Source: an uncultured Verrucomicrobiae bacterium
GTDB taxonomy: Bacteria; Verrucomicrobiota; Verrucomicrobiia; Palsa-1439
NCBI GenBank assembly: GCA_963713705.1
Contig: CAVQMY010000033.1
Location: 20,203 to 84,202, forward strand
Length of the DNA stretch: 64,000 nt
Reading direction: 5' to 3'
The notes under the pieces were generated by a model. The model was not told the origin of the DNA. It searched no databases and saw only the letters and a program-made list of their open reading frames with translations. The first letter of the stretch is position 1; each line of letters opens with the position of its first letter. Shown here piece after piece: positions 8,436-18,994 of the stretch. Both the position numbers and the translations under genes were made by a program.

Positions 8436-10220
8436 GTGAACCGGATTCGTCTCCTCTCCGAGCAGGTCGCCAACCAGATCGCCGCCGGCGAGGTGGTCGA
8501 GCGGCCCGCCTCCGTCGTGAAGGAGTTGGTCGAGAACTCGCTCGACGCCGAAGCCCGACGCGTCACGGTCACCATCAAGAACGGCGGTCGCTCGCTCATC
8601 AATGTCGCCGACGACGGGTTTGGCATGAGCCGCGACGACGCGCTCCTCGCCCTCGAACGTCATGCCACCAGCAAAATTTCCAGGGCCGAAGACCTGCACA
8701 GCATCACGTCACTCGGGTTTCGCGGCGAAGCCATCCCGAGCATCGCCGCCGTCTCACGGTTCACGCTCACCAGCCGCGAACGGGGCACGTTGAGCGGGAC
8801 GCAAATCGAAATGGCCGGCGGAAAGATCCTGTCCGTCGCCGACATGGGCGCGGCGGAGGGAACCGTCGTGGAAGTGCGCAACCTGTTCTTCAATCTGCCC
8901 GCCCGCCGCAAGTTCCTGCGCTCGATCCCGACCGAGACCGCGCACATCGAACACATCGTCACCCTCTGCGCGCTCGCGCATCCCAATGTCGCGTTCAAAC
9001 TCGCCGTCGATGGCCGCGAGATCTTCAACCTCGCGCCGACCAACGACCTGGCGGGCCGCCTCCGGGAACTTTACGGCGTGCAACTCGTCGAGGAACTCCT
9101 CGCCGTCGAGTTGTCCCACGGCGATGTCCGCGTCACGGGCTTCATCGGGAAACCAGGCGTCAGCCGCGCGGATCGCCGTCAACAGCATCTCTTCGTCAAT
9201 CAGCGCCCCGTCGAAAGCAAGGGCATCAACTACGCCCTCCTCGAAGGTTATCACACCGCCCTGATGAAGGGAAAATTCCCCGTGACATTCCTGTTCATCG
9301 ACATCGACCCCGAGTTGGTCGACGTCAACATTCATCCCGCCAAACGCGAGGTTCGCTTTCGCGATGAATCGGCCGTGCGCCAGTGCGTGATCGATGCCGC
9401 CCGCGCCGCGCTGGAACCGGTGACGGCGGGACTCCATCCGGTGCAACGGGAAGGCTGGCCGCAGTCCCAGCAACGCATTGTCGGGCCACGACCGCATTGG
9501 TCGCCTGCGCCGCCATTGGCGTTGCGGGGAGAGGCCCCGGCGTCACCGTCCTCGCAACAATCCAATTTGATCGAGGTGCCAAGAAATCGCGGGGAGGGCG
9601 AAGCTCCTGCCGAGCCGCAGTTTGAGGTTCAAACGGAAGAAGGTTCGTGGCGGATTCTCGGCGTGATCGGCCAGCTCTACGTGCTCATCGAATCGCCCGA
9701 AGGCCTTGTCCTGATGGATCAGCATGCCGCGCACGAACGCGTCTTGTTCGAGAAGATGCTCCGAGAATTCGAGACCGATTCCGCCCCCGCGCAAAAGCTC
9801 TTGCTGCCTCTGACGCTTGAACTCGACGCCCGCGATGCCGCCTTCCTCCACGCCAACCAGAAGACGTTGCACAAGCTGGGCATCGGTGTCAGCGAGTTCG
9901 GCGAGAAAACGTTTCTGGTCGACGCATTGCCGCCGTATTTCCCGACCGCCAATCTGGCCCAGACCTTCCGCAATATCATCGACGAGTTGCGCCAAACGGG
10001 CGAAGAGATCCACACCCGGCGATTGACCGAGGACAAGATCGCCACCACCGTCTGCCGTCACGCGGTGAAAGCCCACGATCCGTTGCGCGGCGAGGAGTTG
10101 CGCGCGTTGCTCCAGCAACTTCACCAGTGCGAGTTGCCTTATACCTGTCCCCACGGTCGCCCGACCATGATCCAAATGTCCTACGCCGAGTTGGAGAAGA
10201 AATTCGGGAGGAAGGTATGA
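8436..10220 (+). CDS. mutL: DNA mismatch repair protein MutL (endonuclease type)
   Basis: GHKL ATPase N-terminus (AAGEVVERPASVVKELVENSLDA) and C-terminal endonuclease motif DQHAAHERVLFE. Confidence 0.95.
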   Translation: MNRIRLLSEQVANQIAAGEVVERPASVVKELVENSLDAEARRVTVTIKNGGRSLINVADDGFGMSRDDALLALERHATSKISRAEDLHSITSLGFRGEAIPSIAAVSRFTLTSRERGTLSGTQIEMAGGKILSVADMGAAEGTVVEVRNLFFNLPARRKFLRSIPTETAHIEHIVTLCALAHPNVAFKLAVDGREIFNLAPTNDLAGRLRELYGVQLVEELLAVELSHGDVRVTGFIGKPGVSRADRRQQHLFVNQRPVESKGINYALLEGYHTALMKGKFPVTFLFIDIDPELVDVNIHPAKREVRFRDESAVRQCVIDAARAALEPVTAGLHPVQREGWPQSQQRIVGPRPHWSPAPPLALRGEAPASPSSQQSNLIEVPRNRGEGEAPAEPQFEVQTEEGSWRILGVIGQLYVLIESPEGLVLMDQHAAHERVLFEKMLREFETDSAPAQKLLLPLTLELDARDAAFLHANQKTLHKLGIGVSEFGEKTFLVDALPPYFPTANLAQTFRNIIDELRQTGEEIHTRRLTEDKIATTVCRHAVKAHDPLRGEELRALLQQLHQCELPYTCPHGRPTMIQMSYAELEKKFGRKV

Positions 10221-10747
10221 GCACAAGCTGCCCACGCTGCTCGAAGCCGCTGGAAGACCAGCAACTGGACGATGTTGCCTTCCGTTGTTGTCGCGATTGC
10301 AAGGGCATGCTCATCCGGCATACCGACCTGATTGGCGTGCTCGAAAACAGTTGGCACGCGGTGCCGCAGGAGACGGCCGAGGCCACCTCGTTCCGCGCCC
10401 CGGAAGGCTGGCAAAATGCGCCGGCACTGGCTTGTCCCGATTGCCATCAGACAATGGACAAGTACGGCTACATGGGTATTGCCGCGATCCAGATCAATCG
10501 CTGCGACCCCTGCGCCGAGCTCTGGCTCGACGCCGACGAGTTGCAGAACATGGCGCTCGCCCTCGCAAAATCCAATTACCGCAGCGCATCCGCTTGGGAA
10601 GAATCACAGCGCGCGAGTCTCGATATCGCGGAGGTGGGAGTTCAGGGAGCCCGGACAGTGGGGGGAGGCAGATACGGATGGCTGTTCCCGGGCCAGCGCA
10701 CCGCCATTGTTCCCGCCATCAATCTCCTCAACTTGCTTCTGCCGTAG
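10217..10747 (+). CDS. Double zinc-ribbon (zf-TFIIB-like) protein, translationally coupled to mutL
   Basis: ATGA overlap with the mutL stop. Two CPxC...C(R)DC / CPDC...CDPC zinc-ribbon modules. Confidence 0.65.
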   Translation: MSTSCPRCSKPLEDQQLDDVAFRCCRDCKGMLIRHTDLIGVLENSWHAVPQETAEATSFRAPEGWQNAPALACPDCHQTMDKYGYMGIAAIQINRCDPCAELWLDADELQNMALALAKSNYRSASAWEESQRASLDIAEVGVQGARTVGGGRYGWLFPGQRTAIVPAINLLNLLLP

Positions 10748-10759
10748 ACAGCGTCCCAG

Positions 10760-11695
10760 TCAGGGCTGCAACCCGGGAACCTTGCGCGCGGCTTCAATAT
10801 CTGCGGCGATTTGCTTCCGCAACGCGTCCACCGAGACAAACTTCTGCTCATCGCGCAATTTCGACAGGAAACAGACCTCGACATCCTGCGCGTAAAGATC
10901 GCGGGCGAAATCCAGGATGTGAACTTCCAGCACGCGACGTGGTTGCGCTCCCACAAACGTGGGGCGAACCCCGATGTTCACCACGCCGCCGAGCCGCTCC
11001 GCGCCGATGATCACCCGCACGGCATACACGCCGTCAGGGGGTAACACCTCGTCGTGCGTATCCAGATTGGCCGTCGGGAATCCGAGTTGGCGTCCGCGAT
11101 GGTCGCCCGGCTCGACCGTGCCGAGGATCGAAAACGGTCGTCCCAACATCGCGGCGGCGCGATCGAGACGGCCATGCAACACGTGTTGCCGAATCGCGGT
11201 CGAGCTGATCATTTCGTCGCCCAGCTTGACCGATCTGATCTCCTTCGCGACGAATCCGTACTTCGGCGCCAGCGCTTCCATGAGACGCACGTCACCAGTG
11301 CGATCGTGCCCGAACCGGAAGCGGGTGCCGACGCAAATCTCCTGGAGAGGGTGGGTGTGGCGCGCGACCGTCTCGATAAATTGCTCGGGCGGCGTCAGTG
11401 AGAACGGTTTGTCAAACGTGACCAGCAGGCAGGCATCGGCCCCAAGTTTTCCAATCAGCGCGAGCTTGTGCTCGGTGGAAGTCAGCAACAGCGGCGCTTT
11501 CTGCGGCTGGAGCACGCGCATCGGGTGCGGATCGAATGTCAGCACCACCGACGTTCCGCCGCTGGCCCGGGCATCGTCCCGCGCCTGGCCGATCACCTGT
11601 TGATGTCCAAGATGAACACCGTCGAATACCCCGATTGCCAGGCAAACCTTGTGAGGCCGCCCGGCCAATTCTTCAAATGTGCGAAATACCTGCAT
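10760..11695 (-). CDS. ribF: Bifunctional riboflavin kinase / FAD synthetase
   Basis: N-terminus AIGVFDGVHLGHQQVI, and a C-terminal riboflavin-kinase region (GFPTANL...GVY). Confidence 0.92.
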   Translation of the reverse strand: MQVFRTFEELAGRPHKVCLAIGVFDGVHLGHQQVIGQARDDARASGGTSVVLTFDPHPMRVLQPQKAPLLLTSTEHKLALIGKLGADACLLVTFDKPFSLTPPEQFIETVARHTHPLQEICVGTRFRFGHDRTGDVRLMEALAPKYGFVAKEIRSVKLGDEMISSTAIRQHVLHGRLDRAAAMLGRPFSILGTVEPGDHRGRQLGFPTANLDTHDEVLPPDGVYAVRVIIGAERLGGVVNIGVRPTFVGAQPRRVLEVHILDFARDLYAQDVEVCFLSKLRDEQKFVSVDALRKQIAADIEAARKVPGLQP

Positions 11696-12420
11696 TACGT
11701 CGCATGGGAGCCAACGAGCTTCAAAATGGGAATGATGTACGCCTTCAACTGTTCGCGCGTTTGGTTCAGAATATCGTCGAGGGAATGCGCCTCGCTGATG
11801 TCAAAGTCGCCAGACCGCGTTCGCCGCAAATCGTGCAGGTGCGCGCCGCAGCCAAGCAGGTCCCCGATGTCCGAGCACAGCGTTCGCACATACGTCCCCT
11901 TGGTGCAGGCGACGCGGAATTGGATGCTCGGCAGCGCGAGTGCGATCACCCGCAGGTCATAGATGTGTATCAATCGCGGTTCGCGCTCCACCGTCTTGCC
12001 CTTGCGCGCCAGTTTGTACAGCGGCGTCCCGTGATGTTTGACGGCGCTGACCATCGGCGGCACCTGTTGAAGATCACCCCGGAATTTGGCGAATACCTCG
12101 TCGATATCGTTCTCCGTCAGAGATGGCACCGGCTTTTCGGCGATGATTTCGCCATCGGCATCCTGCGAATCCGTGGAAACCCCGAGCAACATTGTCCCTT
12201 CATACGCTTTGTCGTCGGACATGAGCCGGTCCTGCAGCTTGGTGGCGCGTTCCAGCACGAGGATGAGCAGGCCCGTCGCGGCGGGATCCAATGTGCCGCA
12301 ATGGCCGACCTTCCGGAACCCAAAATGGCGTCGCACCCGGTCCACCACGTCGTGGGAGGTCATCCCCGTCGGTTTGTCCACCAACAGGACGCCATCGAAC
12401 GGTGTCAATTGCGGTTGCAT
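11695..12420 (-). CDS. truB: tRNA pseudouridine(55) synthase
   Basis: GVLLVDKPTGMTSHDVV and the catalytic HCGTLDPAATGLL motif. Confidence 0.93.
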   Translation of the reverse strand: MQPQLTPFDGVLLVDKPTGMTSHDVVDRVRRHFGFRKVGHCGTLDPAATGLLILVLERATKLQDRLMSDDKAYEGTMLLGVSTDSQDADGEIIAEKPVPSLTENDIDEVFAKFRGDLQQVPPMVSAVKHHGTPLYKLARKGKTVEREPRLIHIYDLRVIALALPSIQFRVACTKGTYVRTLCSDIGDLLGCGAHLHDLRRTRSGDFDISEAHSLDDILNQTREQLKAYIIPILKLVGSHAT

Positions 12421-12430
12421 ACGATGGAAC

Positions 12431-13414
12431 CTACAACCTGGCCGCCGCGAGCGCTTCGCTCACAGCCGCCAGCACCTTGTGCTCGATCTCACGCGGCTCG
12501 CCGGAAATACGCGCGCCGGCGGCTTCCCGGTGCCCACCACCGCCGAAGCGGCGGGCAACGGAGTTGACATCGATCTTTGGGTGCTTCGAGCGAAGACTGA
12601 TGCGGAATTTGCCCGGTTCGGTCATCTCTTCGAAGAGAATCGCCACGATGACACCCTCGATGGCACGGGCGTAGTCAATCAAGCCTTCCGTGTCCTCGCG
12701 TTTGGCGCCCGACTCCTCGAACATTTCCGTGGTGACCCACGTGTACGCGATGCGTTTCTGGTCGGCCAATTGGAGTTGCGCCAGGGCCTTCTGCAGCAGC
12801 ATCAGCCGCGCGTACGGATAGCTCTCGTACACATGGCGGCAGATTTCGCCGACGTTGATTCCTGTGTCGACCAATTCGGCGGCAACGCGTAATGATTCCG
12901 CCGTCGTGCTGCTATAACTGAACGAACCCGTGTCGGTCGAGATCGCGGCGAACAGGCAGGCCGCAATATCGCGCGTGAGTTTGAACCCGCCCTGCTTCAA
13001 CAAATCGAAGGCGATCTGTCCCGCCGCCGGCGCTTCCGGGACGATCCAGTTGATGTCGGCGAATTTCTCATTACTGACGTGGTGGTCGATATTGATGAAG
13101 TGCTTTCGATTGCGAACTCGCTGGGCGGCTGAGCCAACCCGCTGCCACGTGGACGTGTCGATGGCGATGACGACATCGAAGTCCTTCGGCTCGGCGGGCG
13201 GTCGGGTGATGAGATCGCTGGAGGGGAGAAAGCGAAACTTCGTCGGCACCTCGTCGTCATTCCAGGCTTCGACCGTCTTGCCCAAACCCTTCAACATCAG
13301 CAGCAGCGCCAGTTGCGAGCCCACGGCGTCGCCGTCGGGCCGGTAATGGGTCAGCACCAGGAACGTGCTCTGGCTGCGCAACAATTCGCTGATCTGATGG
13401 ACAACATCACTCAT
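12431..13414 (-). CDS. nrnA: DHH/DHHA1 phosphoesterase (NrnA-like oligoribonuclease/pAp phosphatase)
   Basis: DHH motif (NIDHHVSN) and GGGH motif (FGGGGHREAAGA). Start set at MSDVVHQ, overlapping the rbfA stop by 8 nt. Confidence 0.8.
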   Translation of the reverse strand: MSDVVHQISELLRSQSTFLVLTHYRPDGDAVGSQLALLLMLKGLGKTVEAWNDDEVPTKFRFLPSSDLITRPPAEPKDFDVVIAIDTSTWQRVGSAAQRVRNRKHFINIDHHVSNEKFADINWIVPEAPAAGQIAFDLLKQGGFKLTRDIAACLFAAISTDTGSFSYSSTTAESLRVAAELVDTGINVGEICRHVYESYPYARLMLLQKALAQLQLADQKRIAYTWVTTEMFEESGAKREDTEGLIDYARAIEGVIVAILFEEMTEPGKFRISLRSKHPKIDVNSVARRFGGGGHREAAGARISGEPREIEHKVLAAVSEALAAARL

Positions 13415-13760
13415 CGGGCGGTTCGCCTTCGAGTTCGTCGAGCAAATGCTCGATGTGACTGGCCCGCGCCTCGGTTTCATCGAGAACAAACTTCAACCGC
13501 GGTGTGTATTTCAACACGATGCGGTGCGCCAATTCGTATTGGATGTGGCCATGCTGGCGCTCCAGCACGTCCAGGGCGCGTTGCTTCTGCGCCGCCGAAC
13601 CGATCACACTCAGATAGATCCGGCCATCCTTGAGATCGGGACTGACTTCCGCCGCCGTGATCGTAATGAAACCACAGTCGGTCAGGTTCAATCCCTGCAC
13701 GACCTCGCTGACCTCGCGCTTGACCAATTCGGAAACTCGTTCAATTCGATGACTGCTCAT
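13407..13760 (-). CDS. rbfA: Ribosome-binding factor A
   Basis: MSSHRIERVSELVKREVSEVV... is typical of RbfA. Conserved position downstream of infB. Confidence 0.85.
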   Translation of the reverse strand: MSSHRIERVSELVKREVSEVVQGLNLTDCGFITITAAEVSPDLKDGRIYLSVIGSAAQKQRALDVLERQHGHIQYELAHRIVLKYTPRLKFVLDETEARASHIEHLLDELEGEPPDE

Positions 13761-13852
13761 GATGATAGCGGCCCAGGGGAAGAGTAGAAAGGGCGGCACG
13801 ACCGAAATCATTCCGTGTTTCGTCCTCCGTGTTGGGCGGTTGAGTGATTGGG

Positions 13853-16177
13853 TTACAAACTCGCGGCGACCTTCTCGACCGTATAGCACTCCAGGACGTC
13901 GCCTTCCTGGATTCCCGGAAAATTCTCCAGGCGCAACCCGCATTCGGAACCGGCCTTGGCCTCGCGCACGTCATCCTGGAAATGCTTCAGGCTGGCAATG
14001 CGGCCCTCATACTGGACGGCTTTGCGTCGTAACAACCTCACGCGGGCACTGCGCGCGATCCGACCATCCGTGACCACACACCCGGCCACCGGCGACCCCT
14101 TGGAAAGCTCGAACACCTTGCGGACTTCGGCATGACCGATGACGGCTTCCTTCGATTCCGGCTCCAACAGACCTTCCATCGATTCTTCCACCTGCTCGAT
14201 CAATTCATAGATGATGGTGTGCAACTTGATCTGCACGTTGGCGTGTTTGGCCGTGTCGGTGACGCCGCTCTCGGTCTTGACCCGAAATCCGATGATGACG
14301 GCTTCCGAGGCGCTGGCGAGCAGGACATCGTTTTCCGTGATGCTCCCGACCGCGCCATGGAGAATGTCCAGTTCGATCTTGTCGCTCTTCAGTTTGCGCA
14401 GAGAATCCGCGATGGCTTCCAGGGAGCCTTGCACATCGGCCTTGAGCACGATGCGCAGCTTCTTCATTTCGCCATCCTGGATCTGGGTCATCAGGTCTTC
14501 GAGCCGTGAACCGCGCGGTTGCGCCGTGGTTGATCCGCGGGCGTCCTGCTGGCGTTGTTCGCTGAGGGCGCGCGCCTCCTTGTCGGTCTTCATGACGTTG
14601 AACTCGAGGCCGGCCTCGGGCAGGCCGGAGAGCCCGACGATCTTGACGGGCGTCGAGGGCGGCGCTTCCTTGATGCGGTGGCCCTTATCGTTGACCAGCG
14701 CGCGAATCTTTGCCCAGAACGGCCCGCAGACGATGCCGTCCCCCACGTGAAGTGTTCCCTTGCGCACCAGGACCGTAGCCGTTGGTCCCAAGCCGGGCTC
14801 GATTTGCGCCTCGATCACATTGCCTTTCGCCGGCACCTTCGGGCTGGCTTTCAGTTCCATGATCTCGGCTTGCAACAAAATCATCTCCAGCAACGTGTCG
14901 AGACCCTTCTTCGTGGTCGCCGAAACGTCGACGGTGATGGTGTCGCCACCCCACGATTCCGCGCTCAGACCGTGTTCCTGCAACTGTTTCTTGACGCGAT
15001 CCGGGTTCGCCGTCGGCAGGTCGCACTTGTTAATGGCGACGAGAATCGGGACCTGCGCTGCTTTGGCGTGGCTGATGGCTTCGATCGTCTGGGGCATGAT
15101 GCCGTCATCTGCGGCCACGACCAGCACGGCGATGTCCGTGACGTTGGCGCCCCGGGCCCGCATTTTCGTGAATGCCTCGTGGCCGGGGGTGTCAAGGAAC
15201 GTGATGGTCTTGCCACCCGGAAGCGATACCACACTGGCGCCGATGTGCTGGGTGATGCCGCCGCTTTCGTGAGCGGCGACATCCGTCTTACGTATTGCGT
15301 CGAGCAACGAGGTCTTCCCATGGTCGACGTGGCCCATCACCGTGACCACGGGCGGGCGTGGCTTCAGATCGGTCGCTTGTTCGCCGACTTCCAGGGGTTC
15401 GACCTTCCGGGGCGGGGCGTGAACCATACCGGCCCCGCGCTCGCGCTTTTCCAACTCGAAGAGGAACCCGTGCCGCTCGCAAATCTTGCGGGCAATGTCT
15501 TCCCCGACGGTCTCGGTAAGATTGGCAAAAACGCTCATCTCCATCATCTCGGACAACAGCACGTGCGGCCTTACGCCGATGCGCTGCGCCAGTTCGCGCA
15601 CCACGACGGGCGGCTTCATCTGGATAACCTTGTTGCCCTTGTCATCAACAATGAAAGCGGGCTGTGACGGTCCCACTGGCAACGGTACGGGCTTGGGGGC
15701 CGGCGCCAGCGGCGGTGTTGGACGCGGAGCTGTCGTGATCTTCACCGTTGGCTGCGACCTCGGTGGCGTCGTCGGCTTCGGCGGCACAGCGGCGGGCGGA
15801 GACTTGGGCGGAATGGCCGGTGGTGGTGGTGACACCACCGCACTCGTTGCCACTTTCACCACCGGCGGTTTGGCAGGTTCGACAATGACCTTCGGCGGTT
15901 CGGTAGCCACGGGTGGTGGCGGCAACGTGGCAACCGCCGTCGTTGCCTCCGTCTTCCCGGCGAGTTCAGGCGCAGGGGAAGCCGGCGCGGCGATTGGTTC
16001 GGGTGCCGGAGGGGGCGGTGGAACGTACCCGTATTCCTTCTCGATCGATTCGGCGGTGATCTTATCGACCGTGCTGGAGTGACTCTTGACGGGATAATTC
16101 ATCACGTGCAGCTTGTCGATCATTTCCTTGTTCGACAGGCCGCACCGCTTGGCCAGATCATGTACCCGAATACTCAT
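13853..16177 (-). CDS. infB: Translation initiation factor IF-2
   Basis: G-domain motifs [20 protein letters not shown] and NKCD, with a Pro/Ala-rich N-terminal region. Confidence 0.97.
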   Translation of the reverse strand: MSIRVHDLAKRCGLSNKEMIDKLHVMNYPVKSHSSTVDKITAESIEKEYGYVPPPPPAPEPIAAPASPAPELAGKTEATTAVATLPPPPVATEPPKVIVEPAKPPVVKVATSAVVSPPPPAIPPKSPPAAVPPKPTTPPRSQPTVKITTAPRPTPPLAPAPKPVPLPVGPSQPAFIVDDKGNKVIQMKPPVVVRELAQRIGVRPHVLLSEMMEMSVFANLTETVGEDIARKICERHGFLFELEKRERGAGMVHAPPRKVEPLEVGEQATDLKPRPPVVTVMGHVDHGKTSLLDAIRKTDVAAHESGGITQHIGASVVSLPGGKTITFLDTPGHEAFTKMRARGANVTDIAVLVVAADDGIMPQTIEAISHAKAAQVPILVAINKCDLPTANPDRVKKQLQEHGLSAESWGGDTITVDVSATTKKGLDTLLEMILLQAEIMELKASPKVPAKGNVIEAQIEPGLGPTATVLVRKGTLHVGDGIVCGPFWAKIRALVNDKGHRIKEAPPSTPVKIVGLSGLPEAGLEFNVMKTDKEARALSEQRQQDARGSTTAQPRGSRLEDLMTQIQDGEMKKLRIVLKADVQGSLEAIADSLRKLKSDKIELDILHGAVGSITENDVLLASASEAVIIGFRVKTESGVTDTAKHANVQIKLHTIIYELIEQVEESMEGLLEPESKEAVIGHAEVRKVFELSKGSPVAGCVVTDGRIARSARVRLLRRKAVQYEGRIASLKHFQDDVREAKAGSECGLRLENFPGIQEGDVLECYTVEKVAASL

Positions 16178-17460
16178 GAGGCCGGTTTGTCACCCTCCGA
16201 TGGTTGGGCTGCCTCGCGACGCTCCTGCTCCGCGTTCGCCGCTTGCTGTACTGCCGCGGCCGTTTCAGCGCCCCCCAGCATGTCCGTCAAATCATTCAAA
16301 TCCGCCGATAATAAACCCTCGAGCGAATGGAACCCGCCCTTAACCAAGCTCTCGGCCGCCTCGCGCGGAATCCCGGGGATCCCCGCCATCTCTTCGACGG
16401 CACGCTTGACTTTCTCCTCGAAACCAAGCTCGGCGGATTCTTCCTTCTCGATCTCGATGTTCCATCCGGTCAGCTTGGCCGTCAGGCGCGCGTTCTGCCC
16501 TTTTTTGCCAATCGCCAGTGACAATTGGTCTGGATCCACAATAATCTTCACGGAATGGCGGGCTTCGTCAATGACGAGGTTCTTTAACTTGGCGGGGGCC
16601 AGGGCAAAGGTGACGTACTGGCGAACGTTCGGGTCCCAGCGAATGATGTCGATCTTTTCTCCGCTGAGTTCGCGCACAATGTTCTTCACCCGCATCCCGC
16701 GCATGCCCACGCAAGCACCGACCGGATCAACCTTGTCGTCATGCGACAGGACGGCAATCTTGGTGCGAAAGCCCGCCTCGCGGGCGATGGCCTTGATTTC
16801 GACGGTTTTGTCGGCGATTTCCGAAACTTCGAGTTCAAAGAGCTTGCGGACAAAATCCGGATGGCTGCGAGACAGAATGATCTCAGGACCGTGAATCGCG
16901 TTGTCGACGCTCAGCGTATACGCGCGAATGCGATCACCGGGCTGGTATTCCTCCGTCGGGACGCGCTCGCGGCTGGGCATGATACCTTCAATCTTGCCCA
17001 GGTCGATAATGACGTCGCTACGCTCGAAGCGTCGCACGGTTCCCGACAGGATGTCGCCGCCGCGTCCCTTGAACTCCTCGAACACCATGTTCTTCTCAAC
17101 CTGCCGGATGCGCTGTAGCATCGCCTGTTTGGCCGTCTGGGCGGCAATCCGCCCAAAATTCTGCGGGGTGACCTCGACTTCGATGCTTTCCCCGAGTTGG
17201 ATGTTCGGCGCGCGGCGCCGGGCGTCCGTTAACGAGATTTCATCTTGCTTGTTGACGACGTTTTCGACCACCAATTGCTTGGCGAGGGCGCGGATGTTGC
17301 CGGTCTTGCGGTCGATCTCGATACGCAGGTCGTTGGCGGGACCAACACTCCTCTTGGAAGCCTGTAGTAACGCCGACTCGACGGCTTGGAACAGGACTTC
17401 CTTGTCGATGCCTTTCTCGCGATGAAAATACTCCACCGCTACTATCAATTCGCCGTTCAT
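16174..17460 (-). CDS. nusA: Transcription termination/antitermination factor NusA
   Basis: NusA N-terminal, S1 and KH regions. Its stop overlaps the infB start. Confidence 0.95.
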   Translation of the reverse strand: MNGELIVAVEYFHREKGIDKEVLFQAVESALLQASKRSVGPANDLRIEIDRKTGNIRALAKQLVVENVVNKQDEISLTDARRRAPNIQLGESIEVEVTPQNFGRIAAQTAKQAMLQRIRQVEKNMVFEEFKGRGGDILSGTVRRFERSDVIIDLGKIEGIMPSRERVPTEEYQPGDRIRAYTLSVDNAIHGPEIILSRSHPDFVRKLFELEVSEIADKTVEIKAIAREAGFRTKIAVLSHDDKVDPVGACVGMRGMRVKNIVRELSGEKIDIIRWDPNVRQYVTFALAPAKLKNLVIDEARHSVKIIVDPDQLSLAIGKKGQNARLTAKLTGWNIEIEKEESAELGFEEKVKRAVEEMAGIPGIPREAAESLVKGGFHSLEGLLSADLNDLTDMLGGAETAAAVQQAANAEQERREAAQPSEGDKPAS

Positions 17461-17502
17461 AAGCGTTCTTTATCCTCGGGCAGCACACCCCATCCGGGGA
17501 AC

Positions 17503-17531
17503 AAAAAAGTGGGTTCTTCGACCCACTTTTT
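17503..17531. terminator. Terminator-like hairpin in the nusA 5' region (possible attenuator)
   Basis: AGTGGGT-tcttcg-ACCCACT stem-loop flanked by an A-run (17503-17508) and a T-run (17527-17531). On the minus strand it reads stem+TTTTTT about 45 nt upstream of the nusA ATG. Confidence 0.4.
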
Positions 17532-17624
17532 CGTGTCGCCAATTAATCAACCAGCGCAATTATACGCGATCTCCAATACCGGTCAAGCCCATATAGGAAC
17601 CCGCGTAACGGGCTTGTTTTGCGG

Positions 17625-17664
17625 CGGGAGGGGTTTACAATGCGCCGCGAATGAACCTGCCCAA
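17625..17664 (+). repeat. Repeat A (40 bp), identical to 21933-21972
   Basis: cgggaggggtttacaatgcgccgcgaatgaacctgcccaa. Consists of 26 nt upstream plus the first 14 nt of pgsA. No mismatch found by manual comparison. Confidence 0.9.
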
Positions 17665-18280
17665 CCGGCTCACCGTCGCGCGAATCGGCCTGACGGTGCT
17701 TTTCGTCATGGCGCTGCTCTTGCCGCCTCACGGTCTGGTACTCTCCCACTTCCCGTTTGGGAAAACGACGGCCCTGGTTATCTTTATCATCGCCAGCCTG
17801 ACCGATTGGTGGGACGGCTGGTACGCCCGCCGATACAAGATCGAGACCGCGTTCGGCGCATTGATGGATCCACTCGCCGACAAGGTCCTCACGACCGCCG
17901 CGTTCATCTGTTTCATCGAGCAGCCGAGCTATCGTGGCGCCAACGTGCCGTTGGTGCAGGCTTGGATGACGCTGGTGATCGTCGCGCGCGATTTTCTGGT
18001 GACAGGGTTGCGGCTGGTGGCCGGCCAACAGGGCGTGGTGTTGCGGGCCGAAGGGTTCGGCAAGCACAAGACCGTGTCCCAAATGGTCACGATTATCGTA
18101 ATCCTGATCGGTCTGGCAGTGCGCGAGGACTGGAAGTGCTTCGGCGTCGATTATGACCAGTTCAATGTCGCGTTTTCGCGCGTGGCTTTCACCCTGATGC
18201 TGATCACCGTCAGTCTGACGTTGATCTCCGGTATCATCTACTTTTTCAAGAACGGGCAGTTTTTCTTCCGCGATGCGTGA
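17651..18280 (+). CDS. pgsA: CDP-diacylglycerol--glycerol-3-phosphate 3-phosphatidyltransferase
   Basis: CDP-alcohol phosphatidyltransferase motif DWWDGWYARR...GALMDPLADK. Confidence 0.9.
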   Translation: MNLPNRLTVARIGLTVLFVMALLLPPHGLVLSHFPFGKTTALVIFIIASLTDWWDGWYARRYKIETAFGALMDPLADKVLTTAAFICFIEQPSYRGANVPLVQAWMTLVIVARDFLVTGLRLVAGQQGVVLRAEGFGKHKTVSQMVTIIVILIGLAVREDWKCFGVDYDQFNVAFSRVAFTLMLITVSLTLISGIIYFFKNGQFFFRDA

Positions 18281-18740
18281 GCGACTGATCAAGTTTCTGG
18301 CCACCGGGTTCGGCGTCGGCTATCTGCCGGTCGCGCCGGGCACGGACGGCTCGGTCGTCGGCGTCGGGTTCTGGTGGGCCCTGAACCAGGAACATCACCC
18401 GTGGCTGCGTGTCGTGTTTCTGGTGCTGGCCATCGGATTTGCAGTCTGGTGCGCGGGCGAAGCGTCCGACATCATGCACCATCCCGATCCACCCAGTGTG
18501 GTCATCGACGAGATCGTGGCCATGCCGCTCGCGCTGATCGGGCTGGGAACAAGGTGGTGGCAGGTCGCCGTGGGCTTCGCGATGTTCCGGCTCTTCGATA
18601 TCTGGAAGCCGTCCCCCATTCGCGACGCGCAGGATTTTTCCGGCGGGATCGGCATCGTGCTGGACGATCTGTTGGCGGCGGCTGCCGCGTGCGTGACCAC
18701 TCACGGCATCGTGTGGCTGGTCAGTTGGATGAAGCATTAA
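18273..18740 (+). CDS. pgpA: Phosphatidylglycerophosphatase A
   Basis: FGVGYLPVAPGT, IDEIVAMP and FRLFDIWKPSPIR motifs. Overlaps the pgsA end by 8 nt. Confidence 0.85.
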   Translation: MRERLIKFLATGFGVGYLPVAPGTDGSVVGVGFWWALNQEHHPWLRVVFLVLAIGFAVWCAGEASDIMHHPDPPSVVIDEIVAMPLALIGLGTRWWQVAVGFAMFRLFDIWKPSPIRDAQDFSGGIGIVLDDLLAAAAACVTTHGIVWLVSWMKH

Positions 18741-18994
18741 CCCCGAAGGCTTTCGGGGCTGAGCTTCGCGAGAAACTTTTCGAGCTGTCCGGTGTCGAAA
18801 TTGGCCAGCACGTGGCCGTCGATCACAATGGTCGGCACGTAACGCTGGCCCGATAACCGCTGCATTTCCTCGTCGGCAGCAGGGTCGTGGCCCACGTCGA
18901 TTTCCTGAAACGGGATGTCATGCGCCTTCAAATATTCCTTGGCATCGGCGCACCACCCGCACCATTGGCGTGTGTACAGCCTTACGTCCCTCAT
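18737..18994 (-). CDS. Glutaredoxin-like protein (CGWC)
   Basis: 85 aa with YTRQWCGWCADAKEYL and GQRYVPTIVIDG (the cis-Pro region of the thioredoxin fold). Confidence 0.8.
   Translation of the reverse strand: MRDVRLYTRQWCGWCADAKEYLKAHDIPFQEIDVGHDPAADEEMQRLSGQRYVPTIVIDGHVLANFDTGQLEKFLAKLSPESLRG

Noticed and set aside
18737-18760. Hairpin CCCCGAA-ggct-TTCGGGG at the convergent pgpA/grx junction, as a bidirectional terminator
   Set aside because: It lies inside the grx coding sequence (the 3' ends of the two genes overlap by 4 nt, TTAA) and lacks U-tracts. It is too weak to call.
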